Shown: positions 27,765 through 36,397 of the stretch, in pieces | How the letters are laid out: every line of letters starts with the position of its first letter | How positions within the stretch are numbered: position 1 is the first letter of the stretch | NCBI GenBank assembly: GCA_965661685.1 | Contig: CBFIET010000122.1 | Coordinates: 27,270 to 91,269 of the forward strand | Reading direction: 5' to 3' | DNA from: Planctomycetota bacterium | GTDB lineage: Bacteria > Planctomycetota > UBA8108 > UBA1146 | Length of the DNA: 64,000 nt | The notes under the pieces: generated by a model | What the model was told of the DNA's origin: nothing | What the model saw: the letters and a program-made list of their open reading frames with translations, nothing else | Database searches by the model: none | Translations under genes and position numbers: made by a program

Positions 27765-27802
27765 GGTTGGTACCTACCGCTAAAGGTCGATCCACGATCT
27801 GA

Positions 27803-28264
27803 CTAGAAGTAAACCTCGCTGCGGCTCTTCTCGTAGCGGGCAGCGAATACGATGGTGATCAGGAACAGAAGCAGTGTCCCCCCCATGAGGGAGTAGTTCA
27901 TCGCCGCTCCAAGAGCTTCCTGGGTACCTGCTGAATTGAGCTGGATCAGGTAGAAGAAACCGACCAGGACGAAGAGGATTCCCGGCACAACTGCAGCGAG
28001 GAACGCTTTCTTTTCGCTCGCCTTGGCCATACCGATCCGGGCCAGTTCTGAAGACTCTGGAACCTGACCGCTGTGCATACAGGCGGGACAGTTTGCCGTG
28101 GTTGCAGAGGTACTGGGGATGAATACAAAATCGGAGTAGCATTCGCTACACACCACCGGAATGCCTCCGGAAGCGGAAGGTGCACTGGGCAACCTGGGGG
28201 TACTACTCTTCGGCGATCTACCGCGCCCGGACTTCTTGGCGGCGGGCTTTCTTCTCTTGGCCAT
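27803..28264 (-). CDS. Zinc-ribbon membrane protein (CxxC...CxxC followed by two TM helices)
   Basis: Basic N-terminus. VVCSECYS....NCPACMH zinc ribbon. Two C-terminal TM segments. Confidence 0.45.
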   Translation of the reverse strand: MAKRRKPAAKKSGRGRSPKSSTPRLPSAPSASGGIPVVCSECYSDFVFIPSTSATTANCPACMHSGQVPESSELARIGMAKASEKKAFLAAVVPGILFVLVGFFYLIQLNSAGTQEALGAAMNYSLMGGTLLLFLITIVFAARYEKSRSEVYF

Positions 28265-28369
28265 CGGATCCTCTCCGGTTCATTCAGGATACAAAATCCT
28301 AGCAAGAGGAGATGTGGGGTCAAGGGCACGAAGCCACACAATCCCCTGGTCGGGGGTATTAATCGCCGC

Positions 28370-29356
28370 TCATCCGGTCTGGTGCAGCGGGTCTTCCAGG
28401 ATCGGGCCGGACTTGAAGGCTCTGTCACGTCTCAGATCGCGGCGAAAATGCGGTCTTCCACGCCCTGGATGGTTGGGACCTGGCTGTGGGGAGACACCAT
28501 CTCGTTCAGGTGCAGGGGGGCCAGGTGGCAGATGTCCCTCACGGCCCTGTGGATTTCCCCTCGGACCATTTCTCCTGGGCCCAGTTTGCTTCCGCATCCG
28601 TTTTCCCTTGCGAAGTAGTCCCTGGACATTTTTCAACTGCTCGTCGCTGAGCTTGGAGATCGCATCATCCAGGGCAGGGGGGTATTCCCCGACAAGTTCA
28701 CCGCTTTCGATGAAGGTGGTCATCTGCTCCTTGTTGAGGTGTCTCGCGAGGTGCATCACTCGATGTCCCTCGCGGGTCAGCGACATCATGCGACGCAGAT
28801 GGCGTTTGAAGAACGCAGCACGACGTTCCCTGTCGGGAAGGTTGGCGAGGCGATTTCGCTCCTTCTCGGGGAGCGCTGCGATGAAGGAGTCGAGATTCTC
28901 GTCGATCATCTTCTTGAGGTGTTCACGTTTTTGTGCCGACGAAAGAGTTTTGAAGTGCTCACGATCTTCCCGGGTAAGTTGCAATTCCCACAGATGAAAG
29001 GCGGTGCGACGTCGGGAGAAATCGCCACGTCGACCTTCGGGAGAGTTGAGTAGCTTTTTCAGGCGATGGACAACTTGTGGCATCTCTTCGACAGGGACTT
29101 TCCGCAGCCGCTCGACCAGCGCCTGCCGCTTCTTGGCAGGAAGTGACTTGAGAGACTGATGGATCCGTTGAATCTTTGCTCGTCGAGCTTCGGAGAGTTC
29201 ATTCCAGCGATCCTGAAGGCTCGACCGATCGGGATCGGGGGATGTACCTGGATCCTGGCCGTGCAGTTCCCCTTGTTGCAGGAACAAACCGGCGAAGAGC
29301 AGCAAGCAGCACAACAGGTGTCGTCTTGGTGACAGCATCGGGTTACTCCTCTCCAT
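28370..29356 (-). CDS. Periplasmic repeat protein (LTxxQ/DUF3106-like), last gene of the ECF sigma module
   Basis: Signal peptide (from MLSPRRHLLCCLLLFAGLF). Repeated LTREDRE/LPEKERNRL/LPDRERR motifs. Downstream of, and on the same strand as, the sigma/anti-sigma pair. Confidence 0.45.
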   Translation of the reverse strand: MERSNPMLSPRRHLLCCLLLFAGLFLQQGELHGQDPGTSPDPDRSSLQDRWNELSEARRAKIQRIHQSLKSLPAKKRQALVERLRKVPVEEMPQVVHRLKKLLNSPEGRRGDFSRRRTAFHLWELQLTREDREHFKTLSSAQKREHLKKMIDENLDSFIAALPEKERNRLANLPDRERRAAFFKRHLRRMMSLTREGHRVMHLARHLNKEQMTTFIESGELVGEYPPALDDAISKLSDEQLKNVQGLLRKGKRMRKQTGPRRNGPRGNPQGREGHLPPGPPAPERDGVSPQPGPNHPGRGRPHFRRDLRRDRAFKSGPILEDPLHQTG

Positions 29357-29855
29357 CTTCGGTGATCAAGAGTTCGAGCGGTAGTTCTGCGAGAGCAAGG
29401 TCGAAGCCATCGACGGCATCGATATCAGCAGGGTCGAGGGCTGCGATCAGTTCTGGATCGAGGTCTGCCAGCATCTCGAGAAGATCGAGAGACTGCAGCA
29501 GATCCATGTCGGGAGAGTTCGAGACGACAGGATTCAATCTCTCGGGCGCTGGATCTGGCGCGAAGATAGAGAGTCGCATCACCAGCGCAAAGACGATGGC
29601 GGCAGCGATGGCAAACTGGAGACGGCGGCTCTTGCTTCGAGAGGTCTCGATCTTATCTCGAAGATCCCGAACGAAGGAATCGGTATCGACATGCTCGCGC
29701 GACTCCGAGGCGGCAGCCTCGTTCAGTAGCGATTGCAGTTCTTCACCGTGCCTGTGGCTCTGATCATCTGTCGAGTTTTGATCATCCATCGAGTACTCCT
29801 GTTCTCCCCGTCGACGAACGCAATACAGCGTACGACGATGACCGGGCTGGTTCAT
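29343..29855 (-). CDS. Putative anti-sigma factor (single-pass membrane protein)
   Basis: Single TM (FAIAAAIVFALVMRLSIF). ATGA overlap with the sigma gene. Acidic periplasmic tail. Confidence 0.5.
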   Translation of the reverse strand: MNQPGHRRTLYCVRRRGEQEYSMDDQNSTDDQSHRHGEELQSLLNEAAASESREHVDTDSFVRDLRDKIETSRSKSRRLQFAIAAAIVFALVMRLSIFAPDPAPERLNPVVSNSPDMDLLQSLDLLEMLADLDPELIAALDPADIDAVDGFDLALAELPLELLITEDGEE

Positions 29856-30547
29856 GTCTGGTCGTTAGCCCGATCCGGGTGATTTCTTGACTGCATGAAA
29901 GACGACAGGTCTTGCTGCAGTTTTTTACGTGCGCGGAACAGGACCGACTTGGCGGCGGGGACGGTGAGTCCCAGCGATTCGGCGATCCTTGCTACCGACC
30001 AGTTCTCAAAGTTTTGCAGGTAGATGGCCTGTTTGGCTGGTTCCTCCAGCTTGTCGATGGCCATCCTGACCGCATCAATGCGCTCTTCCTTGAGCAGGTC
30101 CTGTGCAGGATCAGATGATCGATCCGATCCTCCGACCCAATCTTGCCCCGCTTCAGCTCCGTCTTCCGAGGAGGAGAGGGAGGAGCGTGGCGTCCATCGT
30201 TTCCTCTTCCGTGTTCGGATCTCGTTGAGAGCGATGCGCCCGGTAATCCTGGCGATCCAGCCACGAAACGAGATCGCCTCCCGGAACTGATCCTTCGAGT
30301 TCCAGACCCGGAGGAAGACCATCTGCGCCACGTCCTCGGCTCCGGCGAGATCCTTGATGTATCTCCGAGCATGGCGGACCACGAAACTCAGATGCCTCGA
30401 GACAAGGATCTCGTAGGCCTCCGACTCACCGCCCTGGAAGCGACGCATCAGTGCTTCATCGTCTTCTTCCAAGAGGAGAACTCCTGTCTCTGCCTGAGAA
30501 ACCCCGGGAAGCCTCCCAGGACTCCCTGAAAAGGGGTATTCTGGCAA
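29852..30547 (-). CDS. ECF-family RNA polymerase sigma-70 factor
   Basis: Region 2 (VAQMVFLRVWNSKDQF..FRGWIARITGRIALNE) and region 4 HTH (NWSVARIAESLGLTVPAAKSVLFRARKKL). Confidence 0.8.
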   Translation of the reverse strand: MPEYPFSGSPGRLPGVSQAETGVLLLEEDDEALMRRFQGGESEAYEILVSRHLSFVVRHARRYIKDLAGAEDVAQMVFLRVWNSKDQFREAISFRGWIARITGRIALNEIRTRKRKRWTPRSSLSSSEDGAEAGQDWVGGSDRSSDPAQDLLKEERIDAVRMAIDKLEEPAKQAIYLQNFENWSVARIAESLGLTVPAAKSVLFRARKKLQQDLSSFMQSRNHPDRANDQT

Positions 30548-30581
30548 TAGATTCCGGTTTTTTACAGTCTGGAGCCATAAG

Positions 30582-31673
30582 TTGGCAAAAAAAGAGCCTG
30601 ATCCGCAACCGCTGCCTCCCTTTCGGCCCTCCGGCCGAGCGGTTCCTCAGGTCAATTTTGATCAACTGGGAGCCGGCAGTCAGATCATCGACGTTCGCTC
30701 CCCTCGTGAATTCGATGAGGATCACATCCCCGGTTCGATCCTCGTTCCCCTGCTCGACGATGAAGAGAGACAAACGACAGGGGCACTGTACAGGGAAGAG
30801 GGCCCTGAAAGCGCCACCCGTTGGGCTCAGGGATTGCTCAATCATCGTCTCGATCTGTTCTTCGATCAGCTTCGGGATGCGGTGGAGAATAGCCCCGAGA
30901 CCGTCATCACCTGTGCTCGAGGAGGGGATCGCTCCCGTCACGTGGTCGAGTTTCTCAACGAGCGGGGTTTTGTAGCCAAGCAACTGGTGGGGGGCTATCG
31001 CAGTTATCGCGAGGGAATTCGCAGGCAGCTGGAGGGGTTCACGATTCCTCCGTTGTGGGTTCTGGATGGTTACACAGGTGTGGGCAAGACAAGAGTGCTT
31101 CAATCGATCCAGGAGATCCATCCGGGCCGTGTACTCGACCTCGAAAAGTACGCAGAGCATCGGTCGTCGATCCTCGGGGATGTAGGGAAGACACCTTCGA
31201 CCCAGAAGACTTTCGAGAGTCGACTCGCCACCGCCCTTGGCGCGCTGGAAACAGATGCTCCTTGGGTCCTCATCGAGGGTGAAAGTCGCAAGGTTGGTGA
31301 TCGTCAGATTCCCACACGTTTGTGGAATGCCATGCAAGAAGCGCCGAGGATCGAGATGGTGGCTACCATCGATCGGCGTGCCTCTTTACTCGTGGATGAG
31401 TATGCCACCAACGACGGTTGGGAACCGGTCCTCGAGCGGCTGGAGGTTCTTCGTGGTTACGACAGAATCGGCTCGGAAGGGGTCGATCATGTCCAGAAGC
31501 TGATCCGTAGTGGCGATCCCCATCTTGCTGCGATTTACCTGCTCGAGCATCATTACGATCCGAGATATCAGCACGGTGGCGAGCACAAGGAGTTCCGGTT
31601 CAAGGTGGAAAATCTGCGGACAGCTCAGGTCAGCAGGGAGTTGGTCGATCGCCTCGGTTCAGTCACCTGTTGA
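30582..31673 (+). CDS. selU: tRNA 2-selenouridine synthase (rhodanese + P-loop)
   Basis: Rhodanese domain with CxRGGxRS (ITCARGGDRS). Walker A GYTGVGKT. Confidence 0.8.
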   Translation: MAKKEPDPQPLPPFRPSGRAVPQVNFDQLGAGSQIIDVRSPREFDEDHIPGSILVPLLDDEERQTTGALYREEGPESATRWAQGLLNHRLDLFFDQLRDAVENSPETVITCARGGDRSRHVVEFLNERGFVAKQLVGGYRSYREGIRRQLEGFTIPPLWVLDGYTGVGKTRVLQSIQEIHPGRVLDLEKYAEHRSSILGDVGKTPSTQKTFESRLATALGALETDAPWVLIEGESRKVGDRQIPTRLWNAMQEAPRIEMVATIDRRASLLVDEYATNDGWEPVLERLEVLRGYDRIGSEGVDHVQKLIRSGDPHLAAIYLLEHHYDPRYQHGGEHKEFRFKVENLRTAQVSRELVDRLGSVTC

Positions 31674-31679
31674 TCAGGG

Positions 31680-31747
31680 CACCATCTCGACAACAACACC
31701 ATCTCGACAACAACACCATCTCGACAACAGCACCATTTCGACAACAG
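31680..31747. repeat. Tandem direct repeat: 17-nt unit caccatctcgacaacaa, 4 copies
   Basis: Read directly. Copies start at 31680, 31697, 31714 and 31731 (the last two with 1-2 substitutions). Non-coding. Sits between the selU stop and the esterase gene. Confidence 0.85.
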
Positions 31748-31821
31748 GCTGGAGCGGAGCTTCTGGATTGAGTCGACCCGGCGGAGGGGTGACAATCACT
31801 TCCCCCGGATTGGAGTGACTC

Positions 31822-32919
31822 ATGGCCACGAGAAGCCACACGAAGACGGTGTCGATATTGACCGCTTTTTTGCTGGTAGCGTCCGCCCTCCCAGCCTTCG
31901 TCGCGGACACTCCGAGGCCACTGACCGCTCCCGATGGCAAGCCTGCCAACATGTCCAAACCGGTCCAGGTGTTCATCCTGCTGGGGCAGTCCAACATGCT
32001 CGGCTTTGGAAAGATCGGCGCCGCTGATCAGGAGGGTTCCCTGACCCACGCGGTCAAGGTGAAGGGCAAGTATCCCTATCTCGTCGATGAGGCGGGACAG
32101 TGGACGGTGCGCAACGACGTCCGCAATGCGCGAGTCATGGGGAGTGGAACCGGCAACATGAGATCCTTCAACAACGAGTGGATGACCATCACCAAGGGCA
32201 AGATCGGCCCCGAGATCGGCATCGGTCATCACGTGGGGCAGGTCACCGATGCGCCGGTGTTGATCCTCAAGAGTTGCATCGGCAACCGCAGTCTCGGCTG
32301 GGATCTACTGCCCCCCGGCTCCAAACAGTACGAACAGGACGGCATGATCTATGCCGGGTACAAGGAATCGCCTGACAAGTGGAAGAAGGGGGAAGCCCCC
32401 GAGCCGATCGGCTGGTACGCCGGCATGCAGTACGATGGCGATATCGCCAATGCCAAGAAGGTGCTCGCTGAACTGGACAGCTATTATCCGGGTGCGAAGA
32501 AGTACGAGATTGCCGGTTTCTTCTGGTGGCAGGGCGACAAGGATCGTTACAACGCCGCACATGCCAGCCGCTACGAACAGAATCTGGTCCAGTTGATCGA
32601 GCAATTGCGCAGAGATTTTGACGCGCCAGATGCGAAGTTTGTCTGTGCCACCCTCGGTCAGACCGTGAAAGGTGCAGAAGGCGCAGAAGGGCAGATCCTC
32701 GCTGCCCAGCTTGCGGTGGATGGAAGAACAGGCAAGTACAAGCAGTTCAGGGGCAATGTAGCCACCGTGTACAGTCACCCCCTCAGTCAGGGAGGTGCTT
32801 CCAACAGTCACTACGGAGGCAACGCCGAGACCTACATGAACATCGGGGAAGCGATGGGGCAGGCGATGGTAGAACTGCTGGGGAGCACAACTGTTGGCTT
32901 GAGGAAACTCCAGCCGTAG
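31822..32919 (+). CDS. Secreted SGNH-type carbohydrate esterase (sialate O-acetylesterase/DUF303-like)
   Basis: Signal peptide. GQSNMLG catalytic Ser motif. WWQG and DxxH-like segments. Codon usage (GGC/AAG/GCC-rich) differs from neighbouring genes. Confidence 0.6.
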   Translation: MATRSHTKTVSILTAFLLVASALPAFVADTPRPLTAPDGKPANMSKPVQVFILLGQSNMLGFGKIGAADQEGSLTHAVKVKGKYPYLVDEAGQWTVRNDVRNARVMGSGTGNMRSFNNEWMTITKGKIGPEIGIGHHVGQVTDAPVLILKSCIGNRSLGWDLLPPGSKQYEQDGMIYAGYKESPDKWKKGEAPEPIGWYAGMQYDGDIANAKKVLAELDSYYPGAKKYEIAGFFWWQGDKDRYNAAHASRYEQNLVQLIEQLRRDFDAPDAKFVCATLGQTVKGAEGAEGQILAAQLAVDGRTGKYKQFRGNVATVYSHPLSQGGASNSHYGGNAETYMNIGEAMGQAMVELLGSTTVGLRKLQP

Positions 32920-32943
32920 CTGGCCGGATTCACGACTCCGTCG

Positions 32944-33045
32944 CTACTTCTTCTTTTCCTTCTTCAGCTTCCTTTTCTCCTTCAGAGTCAGGGCGGGCTG
33001 CTTCTGTGTCTCGCGCTTCTTGTCCTTGTTGCCCTTGTTGGCCAT
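32944..33045 (-). CDS. Small Lys-rich basic protein (33 aa: MANKGNKDKKRETQKQPALTLKEKRKLKKEKKK)
   Basis: Not in the ORF track (<60 aa). The ATG is preceded by a strong SD (AGAAGGAG, 8-nt spacer). No family recognised. Confidence 0.35.
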   Translation of the reverse strand: MANKGNKDKKRETQKQPALTLKEKRKLKKEKKK

Positions 33046-33225
33046 GCTGGATGCTCCTTCTCTCTAGATGGTCACCGATTTCAAACACACCATCATGTTA
33101 CTCGTTTACGACGCTCAGATCACGGGCGAAACGAAGACTGCTGTCATGGTGCGTCTGGTGCTGAAGGCCATCAGTAACCCGTTCAGAATCATGCCGATCA
33201 CGGAGCCACCTGAATGGGGCGGATC

Positions 33226-33281
33226 GGCTTCACCGCCTCGGCTTCACCGCCTCGGCTTCACGGTCTCGGCTTCACGGTCTC
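33226..33281. repeat. Tandem direct repeat: 14-nt unit ggcttcaccgcctc x2, then ggcttcacggtctc x2
   Basis: Read directly. Overlaps the last codons/stop of the hydrolase gene on the minus strand. Confidence 0.75.
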
Positions 33282-34006
33282 GGAGCATCGGTGGAGAATC
33301 GACCGTGGAGCAGGAAGTGAATGATCTCCTGCTGTGTTCTCGATCTCCAGAAGACGAAGGTGTGTGAGCCAGGGAGGTGAATCCAGTCGCTGGCACCGTC
33401 CAGACGGGTGTATGGGACGGGAACCATCACGTCGCTATCCGCCGCAATCACACCGGTTTCGACACCAGGGCTGATCCCCTCGGGTAGTGGGCCGCCTCCG
33501 GTTGTTGCGAGTTCACGGATCGGTGCAACCCACGGTCCCAGCAGATCCTCGAAGGTGTCCGCTACCGGCGATCCCTGATTGGGTGGGGAGATCTGAACCA
33601 CCCTGCCGATGCCATCGATGGCGGGGGAGGTCGCTCTTAGCGAGATGACCGCGCCCAGGCTATGGCCGACCACATGCAATCGACCGTGTGGATCTTCTTC
33701 GACCAGTTGAATCAGGTGTTCTCGAAGACCCACTGCGAGTTCGTCGACACCTTGACGGGTGGAGGGGTATCGATACTCGATCACCTCGAAGCCGGCACTC
33801 TTGAGAGCTGGGTGCAGCGGCTTCATGGCTCTGTGCGAGCGAAACAGTCCATGGACCACCAGAACCCTGGAGCGTTCGACATCGTTCAAGGGAGTATCCT
33901 CCGGTAAATCAGGCAAGCTACAGCAGCCAGCTACCAGCAAAAGCAGCATCGAGGTGATGAATCCCAATCGTCTGCTCTTCAGGTTCAGGATTCCTCGCCG
34001 TGGCAT
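33272..34006 (-). CDS. Alpha/beta-hydrolase lipoprotein (lipase/PGAP1-like)
   Basis: Lipobox LLVAGC. HGL oxyanion motif and GHSLG nucleophile elbow. Start moved to MPRRGIL because the longer ORF would run across tRNA-Ala. Confidence 0.6.
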   Translation of the reverse strand: MPRRGILNLKSRRLGFITSMLLLLVAGCCSLPDLPEDTPLNDVERSRVLVVHGLFRSHRAMKPLHPALKSAGFEVIEYRYPSTRQGVDELAVGLREHLIQLVEEDPHGRLHVVGHSLGAVISLRATSPAIDGIGRVVQISPPNQGSPVADTFEDLLGPWVAPIRELATTGGGPLPEGISPGVETGVIAADSDVMVPVPYTRLDGASDWIHLPGSHTFVFWRSRTQQEIIHFLLHGRFSTDAPRP

Positions 34007-34036
34007 CGTATATTCACCGTTCGATTGGCTGGAAGT

Positions 34037-34112
34037 TGGTGGACCTGAGGGGGATCGAACCCCTGACCTCTGCATTGCGAACGCAGCGCTCTCCCATCTG
34101 AGCTACAGGCCC
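34037..34112 (-). tRNA. tRNA-Ala (anticodon CGC)
   Basis: Cloverleaf GGGCCTG/CAGGTCC with a G3:U70 pair. Anticodon loop TTCGCAA. T arm AGGGG-TTCGATC-CCCCT. CCA is encoded. Confidence 0.8.
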
Positions 34113-34172
34113 GTATTCCTTCATGCCACGAGATCTCGCTTTATAGAGAATAGGGCACCGTGGAGCAAGGGC

Positions 34173-35216
34173 TTACGGGCAGGACTCACGATCGTCCATC
34201 TCCTCGAGTCGCTTCTCCAGCTGCCGGATCCGGTCTCTCAGTTGAGGAAGTTGAGAGATGATCCCGAAGATCTTGCGGGTATGTCGGGCGTCGTCTGCCG
34301 GTACTCCCATGAGCACCTGGTCTCCCTCAGAGTTGCGCATCACCGCTGATTTTGCGGCTACCTGGGTTCGGTCTCCCACCTCGACGTGGCCGATCATGCC
34401 ACTCTGGCCGCCGAACTCACACGCATCTCCGATGACAGCAGAACCAGCGATTCCCACCTGGGCCGCAAAGAAGCAGAAGTTGCCCACCTCGACGTTGTGC
34501 GCGATGTGTACGAGATTGTCGAGTTTGCTACCCTGGCCGATGATGGTGTCGTCGAGGGCTCCGCGATCGATGGTGCAGTTGCACCCGATCTCGACATCTC
34601 TACCGATCTGGACTCCACCTCTGTGGGGAACCTTGCGCGGGCCTTCACTGGACGCAGCGTAGCCGAAGCCATCCCCTCCGACGATGGAGCCGGCATGGAT
34701 GGTAACCCCCTCCCCGATGGTGGTCTGTCCATAGATCACCACGTTGGCATGAAGAACCACACCGGCACCGATGCGAGTCGGCCCGAGGATCACCACTCCG
34801 GGGTGCAGGACCGCCTCGGAATCGATCTGAACACCATCCCCGATGAAAACGTTGGGGCCTATCGAGCAACCGGGGTCAACGGTGGCATCGGGGTGGATGA
34901 TGGCGGAGGAATCGATGCCTACGAAGGGAGGATCCGGCTCGGGATGAATCAACAAGATGGCCCTGGCAAACGCCTCGTTGGAGTTTGCGTGGCGAATCAC
35001 CGCGGGAATGTCATCGAGACCATCGGAGGGACGGTTCATCCCCACCAGTACTGCCGATGCGGCCAGTCCTTCGGGGATCGGTCGGTCATCGGCGATCCAT
35101 GCCAGGTCGCCGTCCCCTGCGCTTTCCGGCGGTTGAATCCGTTCGATTCGAACATCCGATTGACCTTCGAGGACCGCACCGAGCCGGTCTGCAATCTCCT
35201 GAGCTTCCATCGTCAT
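34173..35216 (-). CDS. lpxD: UDP-3-O-acylglucosamine N-acyltransferase
   Basis: N-terminal LpxD domain followed by long left-handed beta-helix hexapeptide repeats. Confidence 0.8.
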   Translation of the reverse strand: MTMEAQEIADRLGAVLEGQSDVRIERIQPPESAGDGDLAWIADDRPIPEGLAASAVLVGMNRPSDGLDDIPAVIRHANSNEAFARAILLIHPEPDPPFVGIDSSAIIHPDATVDPGCSIGPNVFIGDGVQIDSEAVLHPGVVILGPTRIGAGVVLHANVVIYGQTTIGEGVTIHAGSIVGGDGFGYAASSEGPRKVPHRGGVQIGRDVEIGCNCTIDRGALDDTIIGQGSKLDNLVHIAHNVEVGNFCFFAAQVGIAGSAVIGDACEFGGQSGMIGHVEVGDRTQVAAKSAVMRNSEGDQVLMGVPADDARHTRKIFGIISQLPQLRDRIRQLEKRLEEMDDRESCP

Positions 35217-36241
35217 CGGCTCCCCTCCGGACGGATGATGCCGAGCAGGTCGATGACGAGTGGCGTTTTCTCATCGGTATTGAGAGCCAGTTTCAACTTC
35301 CCGAAGATCGCTCCAGGAATGGCAGGGTAGGGGTCTGCGATGTAGGCCCGAACTTCCAGCGATCCGTCCGCCATCTTCTTGGTGGAAAAGGAAATATCGA
35401 GTCCATCTGGACTCCTCGTTAGATCGAGGGTGCTGGACAGCAGTTCGAGGGCCTTGCCGTCGACTCTTCGCAGTTTGAGAACCTTGTCGGAGAATCCAGC
35501 GCCCTTGATCTGCTTGAGGTTCCAGTGCTGTGGGTCGTGAACTACCGATCCGAAGGAACGGCCACGGATGGGGACGATGAAAGGGAGTCCGTTACAGACT
35601 CCTTCAATCTTTCCGGCGAAAAGTCCCTTGCCGATTCCATCCCCTGCAGTCACCGACACGAAGGCTCGATTCCCCTTCGATTCGAGAAGAGTCGCCGTGA
35701 AGTGGGAATCACTGGAGGTGAGTTTTTCGATGGAGGGGGGGAGTTCTCCTGCGGAGGTAAATTCGACCACTGCGGTTCGCTCTGGAATCTTTCCGGCTGT
35801 GGATGTGGCGAGTACCAGCTCCCTGGTAGAGGTGGTAATCCCAGGGTGGTACTTGGCCACCACTGGCAGTCTCAACACCGGCTTGTGCCCCATCTGAATC
35901 TCGATCGTCTTGGCAAACTTACCCCAGCCTCTTCCGAAGTTGACGGAGAAACGGAAAGCTCGTTTCTCGCCCGGTCCCAGCGGAGTGCGAATCTCCTGGG
36001 AGACGATCTTCATGCAACCACAGGTGGGGCGCAGCCCCGATAGTTGCTGTGGCGTCTTGGTGAGATTGATCACCGAGAACTCGACGATCTGCTGCTGACC
36101 ATGTCCTACCGAACCCAGGTCGATCTGATTCGGTTCCAGGCGCAGGGAGGGGGTCGAGGTCTGGCCTCGGCAGAGATCTCCTGCACCGATTGCCAGGCAC
36201 AGGAGCAGTAACAATCGAAGAGATTGCCGTTGGCGTGTCAT
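35213..36241 (-). CDS. Secreted DUF1573-family protein
   Basis: Signal peptide. DUF1573-like segment IDLGSVGHG...LRPTCGCMKI (the sCGCT signature). ATGA overlap with lpxD. Confidence 0.55.
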   Translation of the reverse strand: MTRQRQSLRLLLLLCLAIGAGDLCRGQTSTPSLRLEPNQIDLGSVGHGQQQIVEFSVINLTKTPQQLSGLRPTCGCMKIVSQEIRTPLGPGEKRAFRFSVNFGRGWGKFAKTIEIQMGHKPVLRLPVVAKYHPGITTSTRELVLATSTAGKIPERTAVVEFTSAGELPPSIEKLTSSDSHFTATLLESKGNRAFVSVTAGDGIGKGLFAGKIEGVCNGLPFIVPIRGRSFGSVVHDPQHWNLKQIKGAGFSDKVLKLRRVDGKALELLSSTLDLTRSPDGLDISFSTKKMADGSLEVRAYIADPYPAIPGAIFGKLKLALNTDEKTPLVIDLLGIIRPEGSR

Positions 36242-36397
36242 ACCGGTTCCTGTGGGCAAATGGTGAGTCATGATTCCTGTATCCTCCAGCACCGTGATTA
36301 TAACCAGAATTTTCGAGGCAGTGGGAACTGGTCAGTGGTCGATTCCTCGACTAGTTTCCGGTGCGGGGAGCGTATCGGTCCCCGGTTGGGAGTCTCG

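Noticed and set aside
31663-32232. Minus-strand ORFs translating through the 17-nt repeat array (VVEMVLLSRWCCCRDG...)
   Set aside because: The repetitive low-complexity peptide is generated by the tandem repeat. The region is antisense to the esterase.
33068-33367. 99-aa plus-strand ORF between the Lys-rich mini-ORF and the hydrolase
   Set aside because: It overlaps the 14-nt tandem repeats (which generate its PPRLHRLGFTVSASRSR peptide) and the 3' end of the hydrolase gene.
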